64,000 nucleotides of DNA from Octopus bimaculoides (taxonomy: Eukaryota): NCBI RefSeq assembly GCF_001194135.2, contig NC_068982.1, positions 128,133,696 to 128,197,695 on the forward strand, given 5' to 3'. Made by a program: the position numbers and the translations under genes. Of this stretch, positions 13,201 through 26,470 are shown one piece after another (the stretch's first letter is position 1; every line of letters begins with the position of its first letter). The notes beneath the pieces were generated by a model that made no database searches, was not told the origin of the DNA, and saw nothing but the letters and a program-made list of their open reading frames with translations.

Positions 13201-15134
13201 TATATTCACAATTGCTCAACCACAAAAATGTTATCTGATATTTACCATGAAAATATCAAATGTCAAAAAGAAAACTGATTTTCCGCAGAAGGTAATTTTG
13301 TCCCTCTTGCACAGATCAATATTGATTGCGATTTTAGCTAAGTAGAGCCTGAATTTTAAATTCAGGCCATTCTTCACACAAGTTCTCTAACAGATGATGA
13401 GGAAATGTTCTGGAGTGTAATCTTCTTGTCAGTAACCAGTCATTTTAGATGTATACAAAGTTTGTCTCAAGCTAACATTATGATACCTTAACAACGCTAG
13501 TTGAGGTAGATAAAGAATAATTCAGTTGTGAAGGCAGCTTTATCAACTGAAATATTCTTCACATGCAAACATGCATGCATTAATATATAAACATATTCAC
13601 TGACTACTTGCTACCTTGTTTTTTGAACTGTGACATTTGAATATATTATCTTGAATATGCAGGCAGCCTAATACTGTCTTTATGTCTTTATAATATAAAC
13701 TCAGGATAGAAAAACAGTGAAAAGGAAAACAATTTCATTAATTCATAAGACTCCAACTTATGTCACTTGTTCTATTCTTGTTCTGTAGGCATTGTTTGAT
13801 TTTTCATTGTGATCCTTGAGTTAATTTATTGTAAATAAACTGAAAATTTGAAATATATTCGATCTCCCTAGGGATAAGAAAACACTACTAATTTGCAAAG
13901 TGTATATGTAATAGTGCACACACACACACACAAACACACCAAAACTCAAAAGTGTGCCATTACAAAAAGAAGCTGTTGATCCCTGTAGATAGGTCATTGG
14001 TTCAATTCTCGATAGAAGCATTGTGTGTGTGTATATGAGAGAGAGAAGTTATGCAGCTTGCATTTTCTGTAAGGTATCCAGTTGTTAACTTCCTGTTTTA
14101 TCAAATGGTAATCAAGGAAATGAAAATATTTTGAAAAATTTTTTTCTTTTAATTTTTATATTTGGTTTGCAAGATTCTTTATGTGAAGTGGTGTGTTGAA
14201 ATATTTCTGGTTGTATCTCGAGATGGTCATGATGCCAGTACTAAACATACAGAATGGCTCTTTCACTTCTTTATTTTTCATTTGTCATTTGCTTAATCAT
14301 TTAACCAATTAACTAACTGATTATCTGATTAACTGTTCAATCAGTCAGTCAAACAGTTAGTTTTGTCAAAGTCCTTTCATCACCATGTGGAAAACCTCAT
14401 CAGTGATATGCCCTATGACTTAATTGTGTAAACACAAGTTCTTTAGAGGTATTTGTAATACATGTAAGCAATGTTATGATGAGCATAATTGTTTTTAATA
14501 TTTTGCATTTAAATTGGCTTAGAATTGGAAGATTTGAAAGATTTCTTTGGTTTCAACTATTTTGGACCATATATCCACTAAAATTCTTTCACCAATAGAA
14601 ACTATTTTAAAGTGTATAAGAATATATGCCATTGAATATTAAAATTTTTATGGTATTCATGATCCTAGCTTGATTATACCAGGATTAAAATAATCAGTTG
14701 AACTGGCTGGAGGCTTTTAAAAATACTAAATGGATATTTATATTGACAACCTATTGAATTGAAAATTATATTTTCTTAAATATTTTTTTTTTTACTTCTC
14801 TGTGTATCATTTGCAAATAATTTGTTTATTTTTAACCATGTTTTATATGTTTTGATATATTTTAGTTATCATAAATATAGAAGGCTATTTTACATTTTAA
14901 ATAGACAGGTTGTTCAGTAAATGCATATTATAAACAAATTTCTTAAGTGTTCATTTAAAATGTATATCTTGTGCAGGCATAGCTGTGACTGTATGGTGAA
15001 GCTGTTTGCTTCACAAACATGTGGTCTTGACTCACTGCATGGCATCTTGGACAAGTGCCTTCTGTAGCTTCAGCTGGCCAGTGCCTTGTGAGTGAAAATG
15101 GTAGATGGAGATGCATGCATGTATATGTGTGTGA

Positions 15135-15405
15135 AGGTGCATGGCCTAGTGGTTAGGGTGTTGCACTCAAAATTGCTAGATTGTGGGTTTGATTCCTGGA
15201 CTGAGTGGTGCATTGTATTCTTGAGTAAAACACTTCATATAGCCCTAGTCTACTCAGCTATAAATGGGTAACCCTGTGATGGCCAGTGGGGATGTTGGCC
15301 TGCTTGCCTAGACAGCAGGGTGGCATCATTCTAAGGCTAAAACAATGTGAAGCACATTGGGACCAGCAATGTATAACAACATGCGATAGTCTGGTCAGTA
15401 CCAAG
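15135..15405 (+). mobile_element. tRNA-derived CORE-type SINE, family D
   Basis: A-box tggcctagtggttagg, B-box ggtttgattcc, then cttgagtaaaacactt...ctactcagctataaatgggta CORE-like body. Confidence 0.65.
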
Positions 15406-18310
15406 ATACTGTGATGTGTGTGTGTGTGTTTGCTCATGTTTCTGTAGCTGTCCTTTACATACTCGAAAAAAACTGTTTGTTTAGGTCCTCTAATTTAGCA
15501 GTTCAAAAAAGGAAGATCATTAAGACAGGTACCAGACTGGCATCAATAAGTTCAACTAAAATCTTTCATGGTAGTGCCCCAGCATGGCCACTTTCCAGTG
15601 ACTTACACAAAATTATTGTTCTTCATCTGTTGGATTTGACAATACATTCCTTTAAGGTTAAAATTTAATAGGCACTACAAATGGCTCTGTTGAATCAATC
15701 AGGCCTCTTTCATCAAATATAAAAATCACCTTTATTTAGTCAAAATAATAATATTAGCCATTTTCATTTTAGCTGTTTGTACATTGAACTCTTTGAAATG
15801 GTTCAATAAACAAAGCATGAAAATTCCTAGAGCATGTCAGCCTAAAGCTTTGTAGGAACTTATACTTGATAAACATTTTGTTTTATATTGAGTAGATAGA
15901 TAAGTATGGATAACTGATTGTCCGAGCATTCATGACTCACTCAGGAAAATGTGTGTTTAAATCAGTTTGAAATTGCTGTATTATTATCATTATTATTATT
16001 ATAATTTTTTTTTGCCATGTCTGCAAATAAAGTTGTACAGTTGTCTAAACATGGAAAATAAATATCCAGTCAATGATAAATATAGAAATAAGCACTTTGC
16101 ATTGACTGTCAATGCCTTTCTATGTTATTGAACATTTTTCAATAGAAATATGTTGGTTTCACATCCCGATTAATGGTGTTCAAAAAACTGCATACACCAT
16201 GCAGTATTTGAAACTATTTTTTCCCCCTCTTTGTATTAAATACCACAAAGAATTCAAAGAAAGTGACATTTTGGCATTTTCTGGATTTTTTCTCTCTCAT
16301 TTTCTTTTTCTCCCCCCCCCCTCCCTCCGCAAAAATTAATGCTTATTCCAAATCTCTTTGGATTTGTTTTTCTTAAAATTTCCTGTCTACCTGGTGTAAA
16401 TACAATTCAAACCTAAATACCAATCCTATAGTAGTTACTGTTTCAAACAGTCAATAAGCTTAGTTTTTAAAAATGCACATTGCAATATATTAAAAATTAA
16501 TGCATTACAGGATAATTTGTATATTGAGTTAGGCTGAAAGAAAACAAGCAAAGAAATCTCCATTAACCACAAAATGTACATTGGCATTAGATATTGGCAA
16601 CAACTATAAAGTAATATTGGTGATTAAGACTCTTCACTTTAAAGATGTATCTTGCTGTTTGTTTTTTCTAAAGCACTTCTTTAAGTGAAAGTTGGATAGC
16701 AGCATTTGATGGAATTAAATGTTCTATAAGTATTGCGATATAGACGTTTTTAGTCTACTTGTAATACACATAATGTATAAAAAGCATGATCACATCTCTC
16801 TTTCACTACATTCTTTTTTTTTTTTTTTTGCAGTCTATGGTTAATAATAAATGGTTAGCAATGCTTTAGGTAAAATCAATTCTGTGTATGCACACACACA
16901 CATGCATAACTATTATGTGTCATATTTCTAGGGGAAAGAATGGAGACTGGTTGGTGTTCATGCCTTTCGTGTGATTACAGCTTGCTAACACTTTTCTGAT
17001 AATATAAATGAGAGATTCGTTCATTTGTTTGTTTTGTGTGTATGTGTTTGAACTGGAAAAAAATACCTTTTCAGGCAGTGGGATACATGTGAACGGAAGG
17101 TGGGGGTAGCATCCAGTCTTGTTACCACACAATGTGGCCAAAACTCACATAATACCAATATTTTTTTATAAAAACAATTGAACTAGCAGACATATTTGGA
17201 AATGTGAGGTTTTGTATAAAACTAAAATGTGGACATTGCTGCCTACCCTTACATTATTTTCATCTCCGTGTTTTAATATTCTTGTATAATGCTCAGTATT
17301 TAATATATTCAGAATGAATTTTTCCTAAGCTCTCTTTCTGATGGTTTGGCTCTTAGTATCTAATCTTAATAACGTTTATATTTTCTTGTTGTTTTGTAGA
17401 TAGTTTGTTGGCCTGTTTGTAATTATTTTGTTTAATTACTAATAATGAAATAACTTTGTTGCTATTAAGCTGGTATTTGAAACCTAAATTAACCTGAAAT
17501 TTTGATGGAAGATTTTAATTTAGATCACTGTAAAAGCAGAAGTTTTAATCATAGAACCAGTTGCAGTCTCAGGTGAATTGACATAAAAATGGTTAAATAT
17601 ACTATTTTAAACTATTGATAACAGTATGCTAGGCTGGATTTAGACTATTTTGAGTACATTTGTATAAATGTGATATTGTTCATTTACGATTGTTTCTCTT
17701 ACTTTTTATTCATTCATGTCCATATTCTCCCTGCTATCATGGGTTAGATGCAGACTTATTTATTCAAGGTAGCAACTTTAGAACTGGATGTCCCTCCTGC
17801 CACTAACCCTTTCCTATTTTCAAGTGAGGGATTTGTTTTTATTCTACTGACAGTATTTGAATGTACAGAGTGATTTGTCTTGACAACAGGGAATGCAAAC
17901 TCAGAGTCAGTATTATAAGCCCATCTGTAAACTACCTCAATTATAAACAACCCATTTGGCTCTCAGTGTTACTTCAAGTCCAGCCTCATCAGTCAATACC
18001 AGAATAGCTCATTTGTATTTATGGTACCCATGATATAAGAATCAGAGAGAGAACAAGGCTTCTACAGAACTACAGTGCAGATAAACTGATAAACTTGTAC
18101 ATACCAGTCAGGGAGGTTTGAAACTAACCCATCTTTGCGACCAATAAACACTCTTATCTCTAATAAGAAATGTATCACATCCACATAAATTAATAAGCTA
18201 GTAATTAATTTTTCAATATTTGTTTTTGTTATTTATTTGGACTTTTTTTTTTTTTCCTTCTCTATTACACTTTTATAATTTTTTTCTTAAAGAAGGAATT
18301 TTGTATTTGC

Positions 18311-18643
18311 TATCTTTTATTTACTTCTGTCAATGGACGGCAGCCATGCTGGGCACCACCTTAAAGGGTTTTAGTCAAGCAAATCAACTGCAGTACTTAT
18401 TTTTAAAGCTTGGTACTTATTCTATCAGTATCTTTTGCCAAACCACTAAGTTATGAGGATGTAAACAAACTAATTGTTAGGAGTGGGTTGGGTAACAAAC
18501 ACAAACACATATATATGATGGGCTTCCACACAGTTTCTGCTTACTAAATTCACTAACAATGCATTGGTTGGCCTGGGGCTCTAGAAGACACTTGCCCAAA
18601 CTGAAGTTGCAAAGCTAGCTTCTTAGCCACACAAACATACCTG
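18311..18643 (-). mobile_element. Family B SINE
   Basis: Reverse-complement match to 3042-3446. Confidence 0.75.
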
Positions 18644-19209
18644 TGTCCATTGGTGCAAAATTATTTTCTTTAAAAATTTGTTGATGGCTGGCTAAGCTTA
18701 GTTTTCTCAAACAGATATGTGACATAGTAACAGTTAAACAAACAAGGCAGTTGCTTTCTTTTCAACTATATCCTTACCATATTTTCCTTAATTAGCATAA
18801 ACTTGAGAATCTAAGAAAATTAGTGCTGATACATGCCAGTAATATTTAGTAAAGAAGAGAATTTTAATGAGCCATGAAGCTCATTAATGCCATGATGTGT
18901 GTAGATGATAATGTTCCAGTCCTTGTTTAATAACTTTGTCTTGAGGTTTTTAGAAAATAATGATCGAGGTCTTGTTTGGGGTTTTTTCTTCATCTAAGAA
19001 TAGAAAAGAATCAGAAAGAAAGAAAACGGATGATGTTGTCATTAGGGCTGGAGGAAAGTAAAAATAATAGTTTTCTAGCATTAGAAGTTTGAGAGAAATT
19101 TGTGGGAATTTAATTGATATACTGACAAGGTAAAGAATTGTTTAATTAGCTTATGTCTAACAGAATTGTTATTGTTGCTTTGTAACCCTAGGATAGCCCT
19201 TGTTGAGCA

Positions 19210-19672
19210 AATGGGCTGTGTCTGCTGAGGACATGCATAGGCTTGAAAGAAATTAAGCTGGTATGATCCACTGGGTGTGTAACGTCAGTGTGCATACATG
19301 ACAGAGTGTAAGCACCCTGAGAGAAAAGTCAGACATAAGAAGCATCAGACGTGGTGTGCAAGAGGGATGACTGCACTGGTATGGTCATACGTTGTGTATG
19401 GATGACGACAGCTGTGTGAAGAAGTGTCACACCCTAACAGTGGAAGGAATCTGTGGAAGGGGTAGACCCAGGGAGACATGGGATGAGGTGGTGAAGCACA
19501 ACCTTTGAATGGTGGGCCTCACAGAGGCAATGATAAGCGACTGAGACCTTTGGCGATATGCTGTGCTTGAGAAGACTCAGCAAGTCAAGTGAGATTGTAG
19601 CCATGGCCGATGCCAGTGTCGCATAACCAGCCCATTTAAAAGTATCCTTCAATTGTCGGGCAATATGCTGTG
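19210..19672 (+). mobile_element. Degraded RTE LINE 3' fragment
   Basis: Nucleotide similarity to 46890-47120 and 43208-43425 (tggtatggtcat...gtgtcacaccctaacagtggaagga...ggtagacccagg). Confidence 0.85.
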
Positions 19673-21000
19673 CACTTATCTAAATTCAAGTCTCTTTATA
19701 ATTGCTTAATAAGGAAATAAAAGGGCTCTACACAGTTTTAGGGTCAGATTTTAGATGGCTTAAATATACTTGTGCACAATAATTGATATGTCCATGTATA
19801 TAGTTTAAAATGTTTTATATTATCATGTGAAAATAATCTTAAGCCTATTTCTTCACATGAGCATAAACTTGTTTGGTTGTAATATTTTGTGATTGTAACT
19901 AGACACAGCAATCTTTTTGTCACCTGAATGTACAGCTGGAAGTATCTTTATTCAACATGTGTGTATGTGCGTGCGTGCACACATGCATTTATGTGTGTGC
20001 ATGCATGCATGTTTTTATAGGTGTTATTTAAGGACACAGTTTAAGTATAAAAGAATTTCCTAATAATGAATTAATAGTTAGGAGTACATTAAAGACTTGC
20101 ATAAGAATTTAGTTTATGCTTAGTAATTATTAAAGAAAAAGAATGCAATTTATAAGTAATTAAATTTATTAATCTTCTATTTAAACATATAGCTTACTTC
20201 ATTTCATTGTTTTTTTCTTTCCATTTTTGTTTTTACCATTGTAAAGCAGTTGAAGCAGATAAGAAAGAATACCTAATACAACTTGATGTCAAATATAAAT
20301 ATTGTAAAGCTAGAATATTTCAACTGCACATGTTAATATTTATTTATTGCAGTTGATATAAAAAAAATGTTGATATCATATTATGTTCTTTCTTGTATCA
20401 AGAATCTAATATACATATTCTACTTTTCAGTGTAATACAATAAAAGCTTTAAAATAATGCCAGATAGAATTTTGGTTTATTATTGATTTTATTTTAATGA
20501 TTAGAGTACTTCAATTACACACTTTGTTTCATATTCATTACATTTTTATTATTCATTTATTAATAATATTTATTAATATCCTAAATCTGGTCAAAATATG
20601 ACTTTCGTGAATTTTCGAAAGCTAATATATGAAGAAAGCATCTGTAAACAAATTTTCAATTTTCTTTAAAAGGAGCAAGAAACCTTTTTTTTTTTTTACA
20701 TGTTAATTTTGTCTATGTTCTGATTTAAATGACTTAACAGCTGTTGTGTCTTTATTTCTTTCAGATATTACATTAGTTATTTGTAAATTAAACAAGCAAA
20801 TGTATTTTCATATTGTATGTGTATATGAGTAAATACAAATATAGACACACACATGTATGTATATATTTGTATAAGTTGCATTATTTCAAACAAGTGAAAG
20901 TGGAATGTTCAATATAGCATTGTTGAGAATATGTCTTTTGTTGAAACCAAAACTTGAGTTGCGAGACAAATTCAGTTTGTTTCAATAAAAAACTATACAT

Positions 21001-21023
21001 ACACACACGTGTTTGTATATGTG

Positions 21024-21060
<37 letters not shown>

Positions 21061-21087
21061 NNNNNNNNNNGTGTGTGTGTATGTATG

Positions 21088-21136
<49 letters not shown>

Positions 21137-21205
21137 TTGTATATATGTATATATATATATATTTGTGTGTGTGTGCATGTATATGTACATGTGTATGTGT
21201 GTATA
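21001..21205. repeat. Compound (TA)n/(TG)n microsatellite containing a 10-N gap (21061-21070)
   Basis: Direct reading. Confidence 0.95.
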
Positions 21206-22801
21206 TGCTCTTTTGTTCAGTTTTATTAACATTGATATTTGTTGTAAAACTACTTCTTTAAAAAACAGACTTTGCATGATTTTCTATATATCAATGTTTT
21301 GAAATAGCCTTCAAATTGTATGGTTATTGTATTTCTGATATATTTTCTTTTTTTTTTTTACTTGTTTCCTTTTTTTGCATGCGTTTTGTTTTGAAAATAA
21401 AAAAGAGCAATACCTATTTTTTTGAAACCTTTGAGTTTCATACTTCTGCTCCCCACTAAAATGTATTATTATTTAGAATTCTTTTTTGAAAAAAAAATGC
21501 CATTAATGGAAGGTTTTGCATTTTTTTAATAAATTGTTATAAAGCATTTCAAATTGCTGCACTTAATTTTTCTTAAATTATTGCAATGAATTTTTCAAAA
21601 AGTTTTCAAAATATATTACTTATTGTTTGGAGTTATTTGGTGTCAGGCCAAGGTTTTCATTTGAGAATGTATAAATTACTATAAAATCTCTAATGCTAAT
21701 AATAATGATAATAATAATAATATAATACTTGCTTTCATAGGTACATTCAAGGTAAAGGAGAAAATTTCATAGACATGATACTAGGAAAACAATACTTAAA
21801 AAGAAATACAGAAAATAACACTAATGGGCATTGTGACATTTTACAAAAAGTACTAGCACCTTAAATTTTATGATTCTATAGAATTTTTATTGAGCACTCA
21901 TGTGTACATCTGCTTTTTTAAGAACTTATCCAGTCCTACCACTTCTAATAACATCATATGATCATCCAGTATGTTAAGAACAACATGTTACCTACCTAAG
22001 GTGTGTAGGTGGCACTCAGATAATGTGTAAATATAGCTGCTATCAAGGAAAAGTTTTGATAATAATAATAATAATAATAAATCTAATGATGATGAATCTT
22101 TACAATTTTGGCCTTGTGTAAGAAATCGTTGTTATTATTGTTGTTAAAATTTTTTAAATAATCTATGAAATGAAGAGCTTGGCCCAACACCAAATAACTA
22201 GAGACAGATAAAGTTTTGAAAAACTGTAGGTAACATACTCTAACAAATTTTAAAATATACATTGTGGTAAAGTTATAAAAAAAAAATTATTTCAGCAGTT
22301 TGAAAAAAGATATGAAAGGAAATATTCTATTAATGCATCTATTTGAGGCATTCGAAATAATGTTACATTTTTTGCTGGGGGGCAAAGGTATGCACTTGAA
22401 AGGTTTAAAAAGATATAGTGTTCTTATTTTTTTCTTTCTTTTTTTTTTTATATTTTTCAAAAAAATTAATAGTAGTATTTTAGAAATACAATAACCATGC
22501 TTGTGCTTTAAAGGGAATTTCAACACACTTCCATATATAGAATTTAGTTAGCATCTACTATTCTTTGTTAGAAATAGTTTTACAGCATAAACACCTTCTA
22601 TATTTAGAAAAACTCCAATTTCTAAATTCAAAATAAATAGTATCAGAATTTTTTTATTTAATATTTTTTTTTATTGGGAAATTCATATCCTAACTTTTAT
22701 TTTCAATTTATTTCAAACAAATATATCAAAATGAAATAAATAAATAATGCAATAATTTTCCTGAAAATTTTGTAATATTAGATATTTTGTTCTGTTTTTA
22801 G

Positions 22802-22932
22802 TAAATGGAACTGAAGTAGAAACTGAAGCTGCTGCCAACTGCTTATGGCTAGTGACTAATTCAAAGCCTTGCCCCAATTGTAAATCTCCCATCCAGAAGA
22901 ACGAAGGATGTAACCATATGAAATGTTCTAAA
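22802..22932 (+). CDS. ANKIB1: ANKIB1 exon: IBR-RING2 linker and first half of RING2 ([43 protein letters not shown])
   Basis: tttttAG acceptor at 22800-01, GTAAGT donor at 22933; phase 1 start. Translation closely matches the vertebrate ANKIB1 segment [34 protein letters not shown] (recalled, not searched) and includes the RBR catalytic GCNH. Confidence 0.95.
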
Positions 22933-23404
22933 GTAAGTTCATGGACATCTTTGAATAAAAAAGAATATTAAATTGCAAGGTTTTTTGGGAGGGGGAGCTA
23001 TTTTTCAATGTTTTATTTGTTTCACCATAGTTTATTTGTTTCCTCAAATAAGTTTTAAATCCTCTCTTAGTGTAACTGGATATTTACAAAAGACTCACAA
23101 ATCATTTACATGAAAATATGTAACTTATTTATTTGTCAACTTCAAACTTATTTTAACAATGGAAAATGCCGAATGCTAGTTTCCTCAACATGTCATTTCT
23201 TAATCTTGAAACAAATATTTCCTGAGAATCTTTAACAAGTTAGTTTGACATTTTTGTTAATTTAAATTTTATCACAGTACATTTCCCATATTATGTTACT
23301 TTGAGATGTTGTAAAATAGAAATAGTGAAAAGAGGATTATATATTTTACACATTTATCTATTTTAATTAATTAGTAAATTAATTTTTTTAAATATTTTTT
23401 TTAG

Positions 23405-23539
23405 TGTAAATATGATTTCTGCTGGGTCTGTTTGGAACAATGGAAACGTCACAATTCCAGTACTGGGGGCTATTTTAAATGTAACCGGTATGAAGCTGTC
23501 AAGAAAGTTGAACAACAAACTCAGTTACTATTATCAGAG
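23405..23539 (+). CDS. ANKIB1: ANKIB1 exon: second half of RING2 ([45 protein letters not shown])
   Basis: tttttAG acceptor, GTAATT donor, 135 nt phase 0/0; matches [30 protein letters not shown] of ANKIB1. Confidence 0.95.
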
Positions 23540-23606
23540 GTAATTAATTCTAATTGTTTCAATGTAGTATTCTACTTTTCAGAGATTATTTTGTGTGAAT
23601 TAATAT

Positions 23607-23817
23607 GGTGAGCTGGCAGAATTATTAGCCCACTGGGCAAAATGCTTAGTAGCATTTCATCTATCTTTACGTTCTGAGTTCAAATTCCACTGAGATCAAT
23701 TTTGCCTTTCATTCTTTCAGGGTCGATAGAATAAGTACCAGTTGAACACTGGGTCCATTTGTAATCGACTAGCCCCTTCTCCCAAACTTGCTGGCCTTGT
23801 GCCAAAATTTGAAATTA
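23607..23817 (+). mobile_element. tRNA-derived SINE, family A (ggtgagctggcagaa head; gcctttcatcctttcggggtcgat core; ggccttgtgcc tail)
   Basis: B-box gagttcaaattcc; about 20 homologous copies in the window. The core resembles the Meta/MESC-type SINE domain (recalled, unverified). Confidence 0.85.
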
Positions 23818-24459
23818 AAATTTTGTGTTGAATTAATCATTTATAAAAATTTGTTCTGAACTTTTGGCATTGATATTTCACAATATCAAAAATAGCAAAA
23901 CACTCTTTAGAAGTCTTTGTGACTGAGAAAATGTTGATGATAGGTGCTTTGTAAATGATGAATTTGAAATGATATTTCTGTTGTACCCTCACCATCATAT
24001 GCAACCTTTAATCATAATTATTGTCCAGATCCAAGTCTAAATGATTGGAGGAACTGGCTCATGGTTGAGTCCTCGCAAAGCTTTACCATTCCTACTGGAG
24101 TTGAACTCTTCATTACTAGTTAATAAATGCATGGATTCAGTGTTGACAGCTGAAAATATCCTTAACTGATGCATTTATTTATTGCCAAGTAGACTGAACA
24201 GTTTGAAAATTAAATGTCCTGGTTATGGACATAACATAGTTTTAGTGAGAGGATATTAACTGCTAATTAGTTATTTGATACCATATATACTTGGCCATCC
24301 ACCCTTTCATTCTATTAATTAATTAGTATCAAGTAAGAGTATTTTGAGTTTTATTTGTTTCAGTGGCTTAGACAGTAAGGATAGGAAGTTCTCATTACTT
24401 GTTTGAGGGTCTTAAAGTCTGATGAGCTGTCATTCTATAGCAGTATAGTAATAAATATT

Positions 24460-24600
24460 GGTTCCAAATTTTGGCACAAGACTAACAAGTTCAGGAAGAG
24501 GGGTCAAGATTACATTGACCCCAGTGCTTGATTGATATTTATTTTATCAGCCCTGAAAGAATGAAAGGCAAAGTCGACCTCAGCAGAATTTGAAATCAGC
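24460..24600 (-). mobile_element. Family A SINE (partial)
   Basis: Reverse-complement match to 23660-23817. Confidence 0.8.
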
Positions 24601-24950
24601 ATAGTAATAAATATTAAATGATTTATGTAAGACATGACATATACCACTGAGCAATAACTGCCTTGTTATAACGAGGTAAAAATATTTAATCTTCCTTGTA
24701 TATGTTGCGTTAATTTTTCAGGTATATGTAAATGGATTATTTTGTTTGCATTGGCAGTCATTAGAGCACTGATTAGAATACTTTATTCCAACTCTCTACA
24801 TTCTGAGTTCAAATCCCTCTAAGGTTGACTTCACCTTTTGACCTTTTGGAATGATAGGTGCTCATACAGGCTTACCATGGTGGATTGTTGGAATTGTTAG
24901 AGGGTTGCTTTCTGATATCTGTTCTGAATCTTTGTATTCTGACAATGCCA

Positions 24951-24985
24951 GCAGTAACACTGGCAGTAACACTGGCAGTAACACT
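24951..24985. repeat. 12-bp tandem repeat GCAGTAACACTG x3
   Basis: Direct reading. Confidence 0.9.
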
Positions 24986-26277
24986 TTGCTCTTGGTTAAA
25001 CAATGGTAGCATAGAGAAGAGACTTGCTTGTTTCAGCAACTGTCAGTTTTCTTAAAAAGATTTTGAACCAGGCTTGTGCATACTTGTGCATTCACTTACA
25101 AAGCTCTGTATCCAAAAATCATTCAATCGTATTTATTAAAAAGCAACTCCACAATTTTGTTTATTTCATAGATAATTAAATATTATCATTGTCATCTAAC
25201 AACAGAAACTTGTTCTTGCATCCGTCATGATGATGGATACACCACATATTGTATTCTATTGTCAGTGTCCTAAGTTTAACAATCTCAGTATCATTTCTCC
25301 ATTAGAACCTTGATCATAATTTCAGAAGGACATCTCAACTTATTCACCCATGGAGCAATTTTCAGATGTTGACTTGACTAGAAAAGAGTCAATCTGGTCT
25401 TTTAAATTCCTGAGAATGAAGGCCAAGTTGAGCTTGGCAGAAAATATTCTGTATGATTCTTACTATTCTCTACAAGGAAGTCAGTTATTGATGAAAGGCT
25501 AGGAAGTTGCCATGGCCTGTTGTTTGAGGACCTGCAAGACTGATGAGATGTCATAAGTGTAGCAGCATAGCAATAAATGCTAAGCATTATTTGTGTAAGT
25601 TGTAACATGTACCACAGAGCAACAACTGTTAAAAATGAAAATGGTCTTAGTAATTCATCAGTGGTTGTTAAAAAGTTTCTCTTTCCTAAACACATGAATC
25701 TTAGCTTCTCAGTTGATTTCTGTCCGACCACCTTTAACTTTTTAAAGCTTTACTTCTCTATGGAGATCTCCTTTAATACTCTTCTTTTGTTTGTTTATTT
25801 GGTAAATCCTTGGAAATAATTAAAAATTGTCCAACCTGTTACTCATACAAGCCCAGGTAGTAGAATTAGTCTAATTGGTTAACTTGGATTAATTATGTCA
25901 TAACTGCAAAAAGATATTTTAAATATAATGTTTAGATATATATTAAGATAAACCTAATGTTTGAAAATTATCTATATTATCTATACACATTGTTTAGGAC
26001 AATAACAATTTATTAATGTCTTAGAGAAAACATATCCAAGACCTGTTTAACATTGTGAAGAAAGATAACGAAGGAAATGTTTCTTCAGTGTTTAGGATTT
26101 ATAGAGAGTCATTGTAAGAGAAAGACACACTGATCAGTCTGTAATTGAGCCGAAGAAAGATTGAGCTGACTTTTTAATAAGTTAGTTATTTGTAAATGAA
26201 ACAAGCAAATGTATTTTCATATTGTATGTGTATATGAGTAAATACATATATAGACACATACATGTATGTATATATTT

Positions 26278-26470
26278 CCTAACCATGTGTTCTTGGGTTC
26301 ACTCCCACTACACAGCACCTTGGGCAAGTGTTTTCTGTTATATCCTGGCTGTTCAGTACCTTGTGAGTAGATTTTGTAGATAGAAACTGAAAGAAGCCCA
26401 TCATATGTTTGTGTTTATGTTACTTCCTTGCTTTTACTACATGTGATAGTCATAAACAAATGTTACCATC
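26278..26470 (+). mobile_element. 5'-truncated family B SINE
   Basis: Starts inside the tRNA head (cctaaccatgtgttcttgggttcactccc) and continues through cttgggcaagt and gaaactgaaagaagccc. Confidence 0.7.

Noticed and set aside
14365-14415. CTGATGA...GAAA on the - strand (hammerhead ribozyme core); TTTCG motif near 59935
   Set aside because: Stem II does not pair properly and no stem I/III partners are found.
20954-21302. Several overlapping YI/CV-rich ORFs (also at 56882-57307 and 58318-58583)
   Set aside because: Translations of (TA)n/(TG)n microsatellites and N gaps.
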